Shown: positions 1 to 7,961 of the stretch, in pieces
Position numbering within the stretch: position 1 is the first letter of the stretch
Layout: every line of letters begins with the position of its first letter
From: Vulcanimicrobiota bacterium
GTDB lineage: Bacteria; Vulcanimicrobiota; Vulcanimicrobiia; Vulcanimicrobiales; Vulcanimicrobiaceae
NCBI GenBank assembly: GCA_963786105.1
Contig: CAWAXX010000028.1
Coordinates: 1 to 13,449 of the forward strand
DNA length: 13,449 nucleotides
Direction: 5' to 3'
The notes under the pieces: model-generated
What the model was told of the DNA's origin: nothing
Seen by the model: the letters and a program-made list of their open reading frames with translations, nothing else
Databases searched by the model: none
Translations under genes and position numbers: made by a program

Positions 1-54
1 CGAAGGTAGACTTCTCGCGAGGAGCGGCGGGCCGATGGCGGAAAACGCCCGGCG

Positions 55-1260
55 GTGAAGCGTATCTTCGACCCGATCCACCACTTCATCGGGCTTTCGC
101 TCGCCGAGGCGCACTTGTTGGATCTGCCGGTCATGCAACGGCTCCGCCGTTTGCGCCAACTCGGCCTCGCCTATCTCGCGTTCCCAGCCGCCGAGCACTC
201 GCGATTTAGCCACGCCCTCGGCGCGCTGGCGATGGGAGCGCGGGCGTTCGACGAGCTCGTCCGTTCGGGACCGGAATACTTCGCCGATTCTGCCGACGTC
301 GACTATCAGCGGCGACTCGTGCGCGCAGCTCTGCTGGTACACGACGTCGGGCACGGGCCGTTCAGTCACGCCTGCGAAGCCGTGCTCGGCGTCCGGCACG
401 AAGCGCGCACCGGCGAACTGCTGCGTTTGCCCGAGATGCACTCGGGATTGGCGGCACTCGACGTGAACCCCGCCGACGTGCTCGCCCTGATCGTCGGCGA
501 CTCCGCGAGCCGGTATCCCGCCCTCCGCGAACTGGTGAGCGGGCCGAATCTCGATGCCGACCGCATGGACTACCTCCAGCGCGACGCGTATTTCACCGGC
601 GTCGCGACTGGGCGGTACGATGCCGAACAGCTCGTCGCTTCGCTGCGTCTCTTCGAGCGCGACGGCCAGGTCGTAATGGGCATCGACGCGCGCGGCGTGG
701 TGGCGCTCGAATCCTTCGTCATGGCGCGTTATATGATGTTTGCTTCGGTATACTTTCATCACACGACCAGAATTTTCGAACGCGTGCTGCAGGACGTCTT
801 GCGCGAGTTGTGGCCGGATCCCCGAGCGCTCGACCCGATTGAAGAGTTCGTGCGGTGGGACGATTTCCGCGTACTCAACGAGCTCGCCGACAGGCAGAGC
901 GAAGCCGCTCGGGCCCTGCGCGAGCGAATCGTCGTTTACGGCGTCGCCGCCGAGTTCAACGCCGAGCGGGATCTGCGAAAATACGAAGCTTGCGAACGGG
1001 CGCTCGCCGCCCGGTTCGGCGAGCGCAACGTCTGGGCCGACGAACAAACTCAGGTGCTGCACCGCCTCCCGCTCGGCGTCGATCGCTCGCACACCGTCTG
1101 GGTGGGAAACGGCAACCAGCTCGTCGACGCGCGCGAGGTCTCCGACCTCATCGCCAAGCTCACCGGCAAAGCCTATTGGCGCAAGCTCTTCGTACGCCGC
1201 GATGCGGTCGACGTGCTCGAAGCGCGCCGTATCTGCTCCGAAATCGTTGCTCGGACCTGA
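55..1260 (+). CDS. HD-domain phosphohydrolase, SAMHD1/EF1143-like dNTP triphosphohydrolase family
   Basis: 401 aa, GTG start. Motifs DPIHH, QRLRRLRQLG, EHSRFSHALG, HDVGHGPFSH, DADRMDYLQRD and RYMMFASVYFHH are all typical of this family. Confidence 0.9.
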   Translation: MKRIFDPIHHFIGLSLAEAHLLDLPVMQRLRRLRQLGLAYLAFPAAEHSRFSHALGALAMGARAFDELVRSGPEYFADSADVDYQRRLVRAALLVHDVGHGPFSHACEAVLGVRHEARTGELLRLPEMHSGLAALDVNPADVLALIVGDSASRYPALRELVSGPNLDADRMDYLQRDAYFTGVATGRYDAEQLVASLRLFERDGQVVMGIDARGVVALESFVMARYMMFASVYFHHTTRIFERVLQDVLRELWPDPRALDPIEEFVRWDDFRVLNELADRQSEAARALRERIVVYGVAAEFNAERDLRKYEACERALAARFGERNVWADEQTQVLHRLPLGVDRSHTVWVGNGNQLVDAREVSDLIAKLTGKAYWRKLFVRRDAVDVLEARRICSEIVART

Positions 1261-1267
1261 GTAACGG

Positions 1268-3937
1268 TTACTCAATCGCGCCGATTGCTGCTTGGGCGGC
1301 AGCAAGGCGGGCGATCGGAACGCGATACGGAGAGCACGATACGTAGTCGAGGCCGAGCGTATTGCAAAAAGCCACGCTGCTGGGTTCGCCGCCATGCTCG
1401 CCGCAAATGCCGATCTTCAAGTCCTCCCGCACCGCACGCCCGAGTCGCACCGCGTCGCGCATCAAAGTGCCTACGCCTCGACGGTCGAGCACCTGAAACG
1501 GATCGGCCTTGAGAATGCGCTTCTCGAGATACACTGGAATAAACGAGGCTTCGGCATCGTCGCGGCTGTATCCATAGGTCGTTTGGGTTAAGTCGTTCGT
1601 TCCGAAGGAAAAGAAATCGGCAAAGCGCGCGAGATCGTCGGCCACGATGCAGGCTCGTGGCAGCTCGATCATCGTGCCGATGTGATAGTCGACCTTGACG
1701 CCGCGCTCGGCGAGCACCTGATCGGCGACCGCCTTGGCCGCTTCGCGCGTCGACTGCATCTCCTCTTTCGTGCCGACGCCGGGAATCATGATCTCGGGAC
1801 GCGCGTCGACGCCGCGACGCTTCAAGTCGCACGCCGCCTCGAATACGGCGCGGACCTGCATGGCGTAGATCTCGGGATACACGATGCCGAGACGGCAGAC
1901 GCGCAATCCGAGCATCGGATTTTGCTCGTGCAGTTGGAGAACGCGGTGGAGCACCGCATCTTTGATCTTGAAATCGGGTGAGTCGCTGCCCCGGGTGATC
2001 CGCAGCTCCGTCACTTCGACCAACAGCTCTTCGAGCGACGGTAAGAACTCGTGCAACGGCGGATCGAGCAGCCGGATCGTCACCGGATGCCCCTGCATCG
2101 CCTCGAGAATTCCGACGAAATCTTCGCGCTGGATCGGCAAGAGTTTCGCTAATGCCTCATCGCGCGCCTGACGGTCGTCCGCAAGGATCATCCGCTGCAC
2201 GATGGGCAGCCGGTCCTGTTGCATGAACATGTGCTCGGTACGGCACAATCCGATGCCTTGCGCGCCAAGCTGACGCGCGCGGGCAGCGTCTTCCGGCGTA
2301 TCGGCATTGGCCCATACTTCCATGACGCGCAGGTCGTCGGCCCACGAAAGAAACCTCGCCAGCCAGGGCGGCAACGTCGTCGGCGCCGGGATCAACGTCA
2401 GCGCACCGAACGCGACGTTCCCAGTCGTGCCGTCGATCGTGATCCAGTCGCCTTCGCGTAACGGTTTACCGGCGAAGGTTGCAGTTTTCGTCCGGCGGTC
2501 GATGACCAGCGCGTCGCATCCGGCCACGCACGGCTTGCCCATGCCGCGAGCCACCACCGCGGCGTGCGACGTCGCGCCGCCCTTGGCGGTCAGAACTCCC
2601 TCGGCAGCGATCATGCCGTGCACGTCGTCGGGCGTCGTCTCGACGCGAGCCAGAATCGTCTTCTTCCCGTCCTTCTTCCAAGCTACCGCGTCGTCGGCGC
2701 TGAAAACTACTTGGCCGGATGCCGCGCCCGGCGACGCATTGAGTCCCTTGGCGGCGACGTCGATCCGCTCGTGTGGATCGATGCGCGCATGAAAGAGCTG
2801 GTCGAGCGATTGAGCGTTGACCGATGCGACGGCTCGACGCTTGTCGATCAGTCCTTCGTCGGCTAAATCGAGGGCAATCTTCACCGCGGCCTCGGCGCTG
2901 CGCTTTCCGCTGCGGGTTTGCAACATGAAGAGCTTCCCGCGCTCGACCGTGAACTCCAGATCCTGCATGTCGCGATAGTGGCGTTCGAGCCGCCCCGCGA
3001 TTTCTTGGAACTGCGCGAAGACTGCCGGTTGTGTTTTCTTTAGGTCGGCGATCTTTTCGGGCGTTCGAATTCCGGCAACCACGTCCTCGCCTTGCGCGTT
3101 GCGCAGGTACTCCCCGAAGAGCATGCGTTCGCCGGTATTCGGATCGCGCGTAAAGGCGACGCCCGTCCCCGAGTCGTCGCTCAAATTGCCGAAGACCATT
3201 TCCATGATGGTCACGGCGGTGCCCCAGTCGTCCGGAATCTTGTTAAACCGGCGATAGTCGATTGCGCGCTTGCAATTCCAGGAATCGAAAACGGCGGCGA
3301 CCGCGAGCTTCAACTGCTCGCGGACGTCTTGCGGAAAGTCGCGTCCCGTTCGCTCGCGCACGATGCGCTTGAATTCGGCCACCAGGTTTTTCCAGGACTC
3401 CGCATCGACCTGTGGATCGTTCTCTACACCGAGCGACCTTTTGAGGTCGTCGAGAAGCTCGTCGAAGTTCTCCTTATCGACGTCGAGAACGACGTGGGAA
3501 AACATCGAGATGAACCGCCGGTACGCATCCCAGGCAAACCGTGGATTGTCGGTCAACGACGCCAGCGTCTCGACGGTGCGATCGTTGAGCCCGAGATTCA
3601 GGATCGTATCCATCATCCCGGGCATGGATACCCGCGCACCGCTGCGCACCGATACGAGCAGCGGGTTGTCGAGCGAGCCGAAGCCTTTGCCGGTTCGCTG
3701 TTCCAACTCGCTCATCGCGGCGTCGACTTGTTCGGCCAAGCCCGCCGGGAAAACGCGCCCGTCTTCGTAAAAGGCCAAGCAGGCATCCGTAGTGATAACG
3801 AAGCCCGACGGAACCGGCAGCCCCGCCGCGGTCATCTCGGCCAAGCCGGCGCCTTTTCCGCCGAGCAGGTCGACCATCGAAGCATTGCCTTCGTCGAAGA
3901 AGAATACGTATTTGGCGGCGGCGACGGGTGACGTCAT
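1268..3937 (-). CDS. ppdK: Pyruvate, phosphate dikinase
   Basis: 889 aa. LLGGKGAGLAEM, PLLVSVRSGARVSMPGMMDTILNLG, the phospho-His loop GGATSHAAVVARG, GIGLCRTEHMF, FFSFGTNDLTQ and GICGEHGG. Confidence 0.98.
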   Translation of the reverse strand: MTSPVAAAKYVFFFDEGNASMVDLLGGKGAGLAEMTAAGLPVPSGFVITTDACLAFYEDGRVFPAGLAEQVDAAMSELEQRTGKGFGSLDNPLLVSVRSGARVSMPGMMDTILNLGLNDRTVETLASLTDNPRFAWDAYRRFISMFSHVVLDVDKENFDELLDDLKRSLGVENDPQVDAESWKNLVAEFKRIVRERTGRDFPQDVREQLKLAVAAVFDSWNCKRAIDYRRFNKIPDDWGTAVTIMEMVFGNLSDDSGTGVAFTRDPNTGERMLFGEYLRNAQGEDVVAGIRTPEKIADLKKTQPAVFAQFQEIAGRLERHYRDMQDLEFTVERGKLFMLQTRSGKRSAEAAVKIALDLADEGLIDKRRAVASVNAQSLDQLFHARIDPHERIDVAAKGLNASPGAASGQVVFSADDAVAWKKDGKKTILARVETTPDDVHGMIAAEGVLTAKGGATSHAAVVARGMGKPCVAGCDALVIDRRTKTATFAGKPLREGDWITIDGTTGNVAFGALTLIPAPTTLPPWLARFLSWADDLRVMEVWANADTPEDAARARQLGAQGIGLCRTEHMFMQQDRLPIVQRMILADDRQARDEALAKLLPIQREDFVGILEAMQGHPVTIRLLDPPLHEFLPSLEELLVEVTELRITRGSDSPDFKIKDAVLHRVLQLHEQNPMLGLRVCRLGIVYPEIYAMQVRAVFEAACDLKRRGVDARPEIMIPGVGTKEEMQSTREAAKAVADQVLAERGVKVDYHIGTMIELPRACIVADDLARFADFFSFGTNDLTQTTYGYSRDDAEASFIPVYLEKRILKADPFQVLDRRGVGTLMRDAVRLGRAVREDLKIGICGEHGGEPSSVAFCNTLGLDYVSCSPYRVPIARLAAAQAAIGAIE

Positions 3938-3941
3938 GGCG

Positions 3942-5282
3942 TTATAGGCGCTCCCTCAGATGCGTTTCCAGCCGTTCGACCGGCACGCGATCCTGCAACA
4001 TGGAATCTCGCGACCGTACGGTTACGCTGCCGTCGGCCAACGTTTCGTAGTCGATCGTTACGCAGAATGGCGTGCCGATCTCGTCCTGCCGGCGATACAG
4101 CTGACCGATATTGCCTTCGTCGTATTGGGTGCGCCAGATCGGGCGCAGGCTCGCCTCGACGCCGCGAGCGCGTTCGACCAACTCCGGCTTGTTGCGGGCG
4201 AGCGAAAAAACGGCAACTTGCACCGGCGCGATTTTCGGATGGAAGCGCAGGACGGTGCGCTCAGTCTCCTTGCCGTTAGGATCGACGGACGTTTCGCGCT
4301 CGTATGCATCGATAAGGAAGGTCAAAGCCGTGCGATCCATACCGGCGGAACTCTCGATCAGCAGCGGAGTGTAGTGCGTCTTACTTGCCTCGTCGAAGAA
4401 TTGTAAATCCTTACCCGAAAGCTTCATGTGGGCATCGAGGTCGTACGTTCCGCGGTGGGCGATCGATTCGAGTTCGCCCCAGCCCCACGGAAATAGATAC
4501 TCGACGTCCACCCCGGCCTTCGCGTAGTGTGGGCGCTCCGCCTCGGCGAGCTCGTTGAAGCGCAGTCGATCCGAGGCGATGCCGTAGCTCGCGTACCACG
4601 CCTTCCGGCGCTCGACCCATTCGCGAAAGGTCCCCATGTCTTTGCCGTCGTCGGGTACGAAATACTCGAGTTCGGCTTGCTCGAATTCGCGAACGCGAAA
4701 CGTGAAGTTCCCCGGCGTTATTTCGTTGCGAAACGATTTCCCGATTTGAGCGATGCCGAACGGCGGCCGCCGGCGGCTCGTTTGATAGACGTTCTTGAAG
4801 TTGACGAAGATGCCCTGAGCGGTCTCAGGCCGCAAATACGTCGCCGACGACGTGTCGTCCATCGGTCCGACGAACGTCGTCATCATCAGGTTGAACGAGC
4901 GCGGCTCGGTGAACGAATTTTTGCTTCCGCAATCCGGGCACTGCGACGGGTCCTTCAAATGGTCGAACCGGAAGCGATGCTTGCAGACCTTGCAATCGAC
5001 GAACACGTCGTGGAAAGCGTCGACATGACCCGAAGCCTTCCATACCAGCGGATGCATGACGATCGCCGAATCGAAAGCGACGACGTCGTCGCGCAGCTCG
5101 ACCGTATCGCGCCACCAAGCATTCTTGACGTTGCGCTTGAGCACCGCGCCGAGCGGTCCGTAATCCCAGAAGCCGTTGATCCCGCCGTAAATCTCGCTCG
5201 ACTGAAAGATGAAGCCGCGGCGCTTTGCAAGTGCCGTAATCTCTTCCATCGTCGCGCGCCGCTGCGAGGCCGCCGTGTCCAT
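3942..5282 (-). CDS. glyQS: Glycine--tRNA ligase, homodimeric (alpha2) type
   Basis: 446 aa. KRRGF..SSEIYGG, DYGPLG, YLRPETAQGIF, GIAQIGKSFRNEITP, FRVREFEQAELEYF, a CxxC...CxxC insertion and the C-terminal anticodon domain (YRRQDEIGTPFCVTID). An alternative ATG start lies at 5249. Confidence 0.97.
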   Translation of the reverse strand: MDTAASQRRATMEEITALAKRRGFIFQSSEIYGGINGFWDYGPLGAVLKRNVKNAWWRDTVELRDDVVAFDSAIVMHPLVWKASGHVDAFHDVFVDCKVCKHRFRFDHLKDPSQCPDCGSKNSFTEPRSFNLMMTTFVGPMDDTSSATYLRPETAQGIFVNFKNVYQTSRRRPPFGIAQIGKSFRNEITPGNFTFRVREFEQAELEYFVPDDGKDMGTFREWVERRKAWYASYGIASDRLRFNELAEAERPHYAKAGVDVEYLFPWGWGELESIAHRGTYDLDAHMKLSGKDLQFFDEASKTHYTPLLIESSAGMDRTALTFLIDAYERETSVDPNGKETERTVLRFHPKIAPVQVAVFSLARNKPELVERARGVEASLRPIWRTQYDEGNIGQLYRRQDEIGTPFCVTIDYETLADGSVTVRSRDSMLQDRVPVERLETHLRERL

Positions 5283-5348
5283 ACCGGCCGGTGGTTTCTC
5301 ACCGGTACGCCCGATACCCGCCTTAAGGCGATGGCGCCGGCGGCGGCG

Positions 5349-5738
5349 TCAGGTCTCTTTCAGAAACGCGGTCACCGCGCGTTTGGTCGCACGCGCGAGC
5401 CACGCCTCGACGATCAAGTCCTTTAACTCCTTGACGCTAATCTTGCCGAGTCGCACCAGCACCGCGGGGTAACCGTCGAAGTGCGGAGTCGTAAAGTACA
5501 CGGAGGGATCGCGCGCTAGCAGCACTTCCTTCATTTCGAGATCGGGGGTTCGGACGCCCAAGATGGGCCCGGTGGGCGCGGCGTCGCCGAGAGCTGCAAG
5601 GTCGGAACGCCGCAACGGGCGTTCCCAAGTAAAGAATTTTCCATTGACGATCCACGCGGCGTTCCCGCTCGACGTCGTTTCTTCGCTCGTGCCGGGCAAG
5701 GCTAAGGCGATCCGTCGCACGTCGCGCCACGCAGCCAT
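5349..5738 (-). CDS. MmcQ/YjbR family protein (double-wing DNA-binding-like)
   Basis: 129 aa. N-terminal VRRIALALPG, then YFTTPHFDGYPAVLVRL and ELKDLIVEAWL, which is the family pattern. Confidence 0.85.
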   Translation of the reverse strand: MAAWRDVRRIALALPGTSEETTSSGNAAWIVNGKFFTWERPLRRSDLAALGDAAPTGPILGVRTPDLEMKEVLLARDPSVYFTTPHFDGYPAVLVRLGKISVKELKDLIVEAWLARATKRAVTAFLKET

Positions 5739-5744
5739 GCGGGA

Positions 5745-6845
5745 TTACGCGCCGCTCGCGACGGTGGCGTGCGCGCGGGGCTGCGTCTGCGCGCGCAGCT
5801 GGCCGCAGGCAGCAGCGATGTCGCGGCCCATGTTGCGCCGAACGGTGGTGGGAACCCGGGCCGCCTCCAGGATCTTCGCGAATTCCCAAATGCGCGCGTC
5901 GGGCGTTCCGCCGAACGGTGCGTCCGGCGTCGCGTTGTACGGAATGAGGTTGACGTGGTACAAATGCCCGCGCATGATTTGCGCCAGCTGCCGCGCGCAG
6001 GCCGCGCCGTCGTTCACGCCTTCGAGCATAACGTATTCGAAAAACACTTTTCGGCGCGTCTTTTCGACGTACCGTTGGCAGGCGCCCATCAATGCGTCGA
6101 TGCCGAACTTGCGATTGACCGGCATGAACTGCGAGCGCAGCTCGTCGCTCGGCGCGTGAAGCGAGATCGCCAGGTTGATCTGCAAGCGCTCTTCGGTGAA
6201 GCGCTCGATCTTGTCGACCAGGCCGACGGTAGAAATCGTGATGTGCCGATGGCCCAAGCCGAACCCGTGCGGATCGTTGAGTAATGCCACCGCGTTCATA
6301 ACGTTCTCGTAGTTGTGAAAAGGCTCGCCCATCCCCATGAAAACCACGTTGGTGATTCGTTTGCCGCGTCCGGCCAGCTCCCGCGCGAAATACGACGCCT
6401 GATCGAAGATTTCGACGGCATCCAAGTTGCGCGTAAACCCGGCCTGGCCGGTCGAACAGAACGCGCAAGCAAAAGCGCATCCCGCTTGAGACGAGATGCA
6501 GACGGTCGTGCGCTCGCCGCTATGTTCCATCAGAACGGCCTCGACTTGGCTGCCGTCGTGAAGACGAAAGAGGCCTTTAGTCGTTTGCCCGTCGCTCGAA
6601 CGTTGGACGGTCACCGCGTGGATAGTCGAAAACTCCACCCCGCGAGCGGCGAGTGCGGTACGCAGCTCCTTCGGCAACGTGGTGACCGCCTCGACGCCCG
6701 CCAGCAACTCTTTGGCTGCCGCCCGGTAGATCTGGCGGAGGCGGTAGGGTTTTACGTCGTATTCGCGAGCAAACTCGTCGACGCCCGGAAACCCGGCCCG
6801 CGAGCTGAAGTCCGAAAGCCACACGGCCATGGGATCGCGAGTCAC
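5745..6845 (-). CDS. rlmN: 23S rRNA m2A2503 / tRNA m2A37 radical-SAM methyltransferase
   Basis: CISSQAGCAFACAFC (CxxxCxxC), NVVFMGMGEP, LAISLHAP, VNLIPYN and DIAAACGQL. The ORF-track extension to 7100 overlaps the UDG gene. The start is placed at GTG 6845 (366 aa), with ATG 6830 as an alternative. Confidence 0.95.
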   Translation of the reverse strand: MTRDPMAVWLSDFSSRAGFPGVDEFAREYDVKPYRLRQIYRAAAKELLAGVEAVTTLPKELRTALAARGVEFSTIHAVTVQRSSDGQTTKGLFRLHDGSQVEAVLMEHSGERTTVCISSQAGCAFACAFCSTGQAGFTRNLDAVEIFDQASYFARELAGRGKRITNVVFMGMGEPFHNYENVMNAVALLNDPHGFGLGHRHITISTVGLVDKIERFTEERLQINLAISLHAPSDELRSQFMPVNRKFGIDALMGACQRYVEKTRRKVFFEYVMLEGVNDGAACARQLAQIMRGHLYHVNLIPYNATPDAPFGGTPDARIWEFAKILEAARVPTTVRRNMGRDIAAACGQLRAQTQPRAHATVASGA

Positions 6846-6850
6846 GGCGC

Positions 6851-7585
6851 CTATTCTAGCACACCGTGCGCTTCGCCAAACAAGCCGGCCTGTTGCGGCT
6901 CCGGCGACGGTTCGGGCGGCTCTTCCGGGGGACGCGGCGCCGCGCGCAGCGCCGCCAGTTCGTCGAGCTTGGCGCGAACGGCCTTCAGATCGTGCCATAC
7001 GAGCCGCTTGACCGCCTCGATTTCGCCGCCGGTCTGCCGCAGAATGTAGGCCGGATGGAACGATGCCATCAGGGGCACGCCGTTTGGTCCCGCATACCAC
7101 CGGCCGCGCATCTTCGTAATCTGAAAATCTCGACCGAGAAACGATTTTGCCGCCGGCGCTCCGAGCGCGAGGATCACGTCGGGCGCGACGACGCCGATCT
7201 GTTCGTCGAGGAACTGACGGCAGTTGGCCATCTCGTCCGGCTCGGGAGCGCGATTACGTGGACCGTTCGGCCCGGGCGACGTCGGACGACACTTAACCGT
7301 ATTGCAAATATACACGTCTTCGCGGGCTAATCCGATCGCGGCGATCATTCGGTCGAGCAACTGTCCCGCACGACCGACGAAGGGCCGTCCCAGCACGTCT
7401 TCGGTTTCACCTGGTCCCTCACCGATCACCATGAGTGCCGCGAGCGGATCGCCCTCACCGTACACGTTGTGGCGACGTTCGTAACCGATCGCGCACTTAC
7501 GGCAAGCGTTGGCGGCGGCCGCTGCCTGCGCGAGCAGGCGCTCGCGCCGCGCGCGCTCCTCAAGGCTCAGTGTGCTCGCCCTCAA
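6851..7585 (-). CDS. Uracil-DNA glycosylase, family 4 (Fe-S)
   Basis: CRKC, GEGPG, PFVGRAGQLLD, NTVKCRP, a fourth Cys (ANC) and HPAYILR, followed by a Pro/Glu-rich C-terminal tail. The TTG start overlaps the upstream gene by 26 bp, so the exact start is uncertain. Confidence 0.93.
   Translation of the reverse strand: MRASTLSLEERARRERLLAQAAAAANACRKCAIGYERRHNVYGEGDPLAALMVIGEGPGETEDVLGRPFVGRAGQLLDRMIAAIGLAREDVYICNTVKCRPTSPGPNGPRNRAPEPDEMANCRQFLDEQIGVVAPDVILALGAPAAKSFLGRDFQITKMRGRWYAGPNGVPLMASFHPAYILRQTGGEIEAVKRLVWHDLKAVRAKLDELAALRAAPRPPEEPPEPSPEPQQAGLFGEAHGVLE
6853..6863 (-). promoter_or_regulatory. Putative sigma70 extended -10 promoter (TGTG-C-TAGAAT) for rlmN
   Basis: The minus strand reads TGTGCTAGAAT-AGGCGCC-GTG, a TRTGn extension plus a 5/6 match to TATAAT, 7 nt before the rlmN GTG. 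Confidence 0.65.
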
Positions 7586-7916
7586 CGCCTTTGTCTACCA
7601 TCACCGCCTGACCGAAGGCGACGACCTTGCACGAACCGTCAGTGCCCTCCGAGACGTAAAACTGCAAGCCGATGACCGCGTTCGCGCCCATGGCATCGGC
7701 ACGACGGCGCAGCGCGTCGAGCGCTTCGCTGCGCAGCTGTTCCGCGTCGCCGAGAAACTCGCCGGCAGCTAGACCGATCAGCATTCCGAGACTGCGAAAG
7801 GTCGACCGCAAACGATTGCGCGGCCGCGATGCCACGCCCGAAACGTAGCCGAAAGCGCGTACGGTACGGTAACCGTCGACTTCTTGAAACGTGACGAGAT
7901 CGTCGCGGGCAATCAT
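7560..7916 (-). CDS. YbjQ/UPF0145 family (putative heavy-metal-binding) protein
   Basis: 118 aa. LVTFQEVDGY...G.V.G, R.EAL..L...A..MGANAVIG and VVAFGQAV. Confidence 0.85.
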   Translation of the reverse strand: MIARDDLVTFQEVDGYRTVRAFGYVSGVASRPRNRLRSTFRSLGMLIGLAAGEFLGDAEQLRSEALDALRRRADAMGANAVIGLQFYVSEGTDGSCKVVAFGQAVMVDKGVEGEHTEP

Positions 7917-7961
7917 CGCGGGCGGCAGGCCGATTCGCGCCGGCGGTCGGAGAGGAGAGAC

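Noticed and set aside
55..1260. HD protein as an anti-phage dNTPase defence system
   Set aside because: The context is housekeeping, with no defence or mobile genes nearby, and this family is widespread in nucleotide-pool maintenance.
5283..5348. T-box or glycine riboswitch upstream of glyQS
   Set aside because: The intergenic space is only 66 bp, with no T-box consensus or terminator/antiterminator.
3092..6480. Long antisense or alternate-frame ORFs (3092-3931, 4527-5426, 5437-6480; likewise 10301-11227 and 11330-11869)
   Set aside because: These are shadows of well-supported genes in high-GC DNA and show no recognisable motifs.
6846..7100. 85-aa N-terminal extension of RlmN in the ORF track
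   Set aside because: It overlaps the UDG coding region in another frame, has Arg/Ala-rich shadow composition, and a promoter-like element sits right before GTG 6845.
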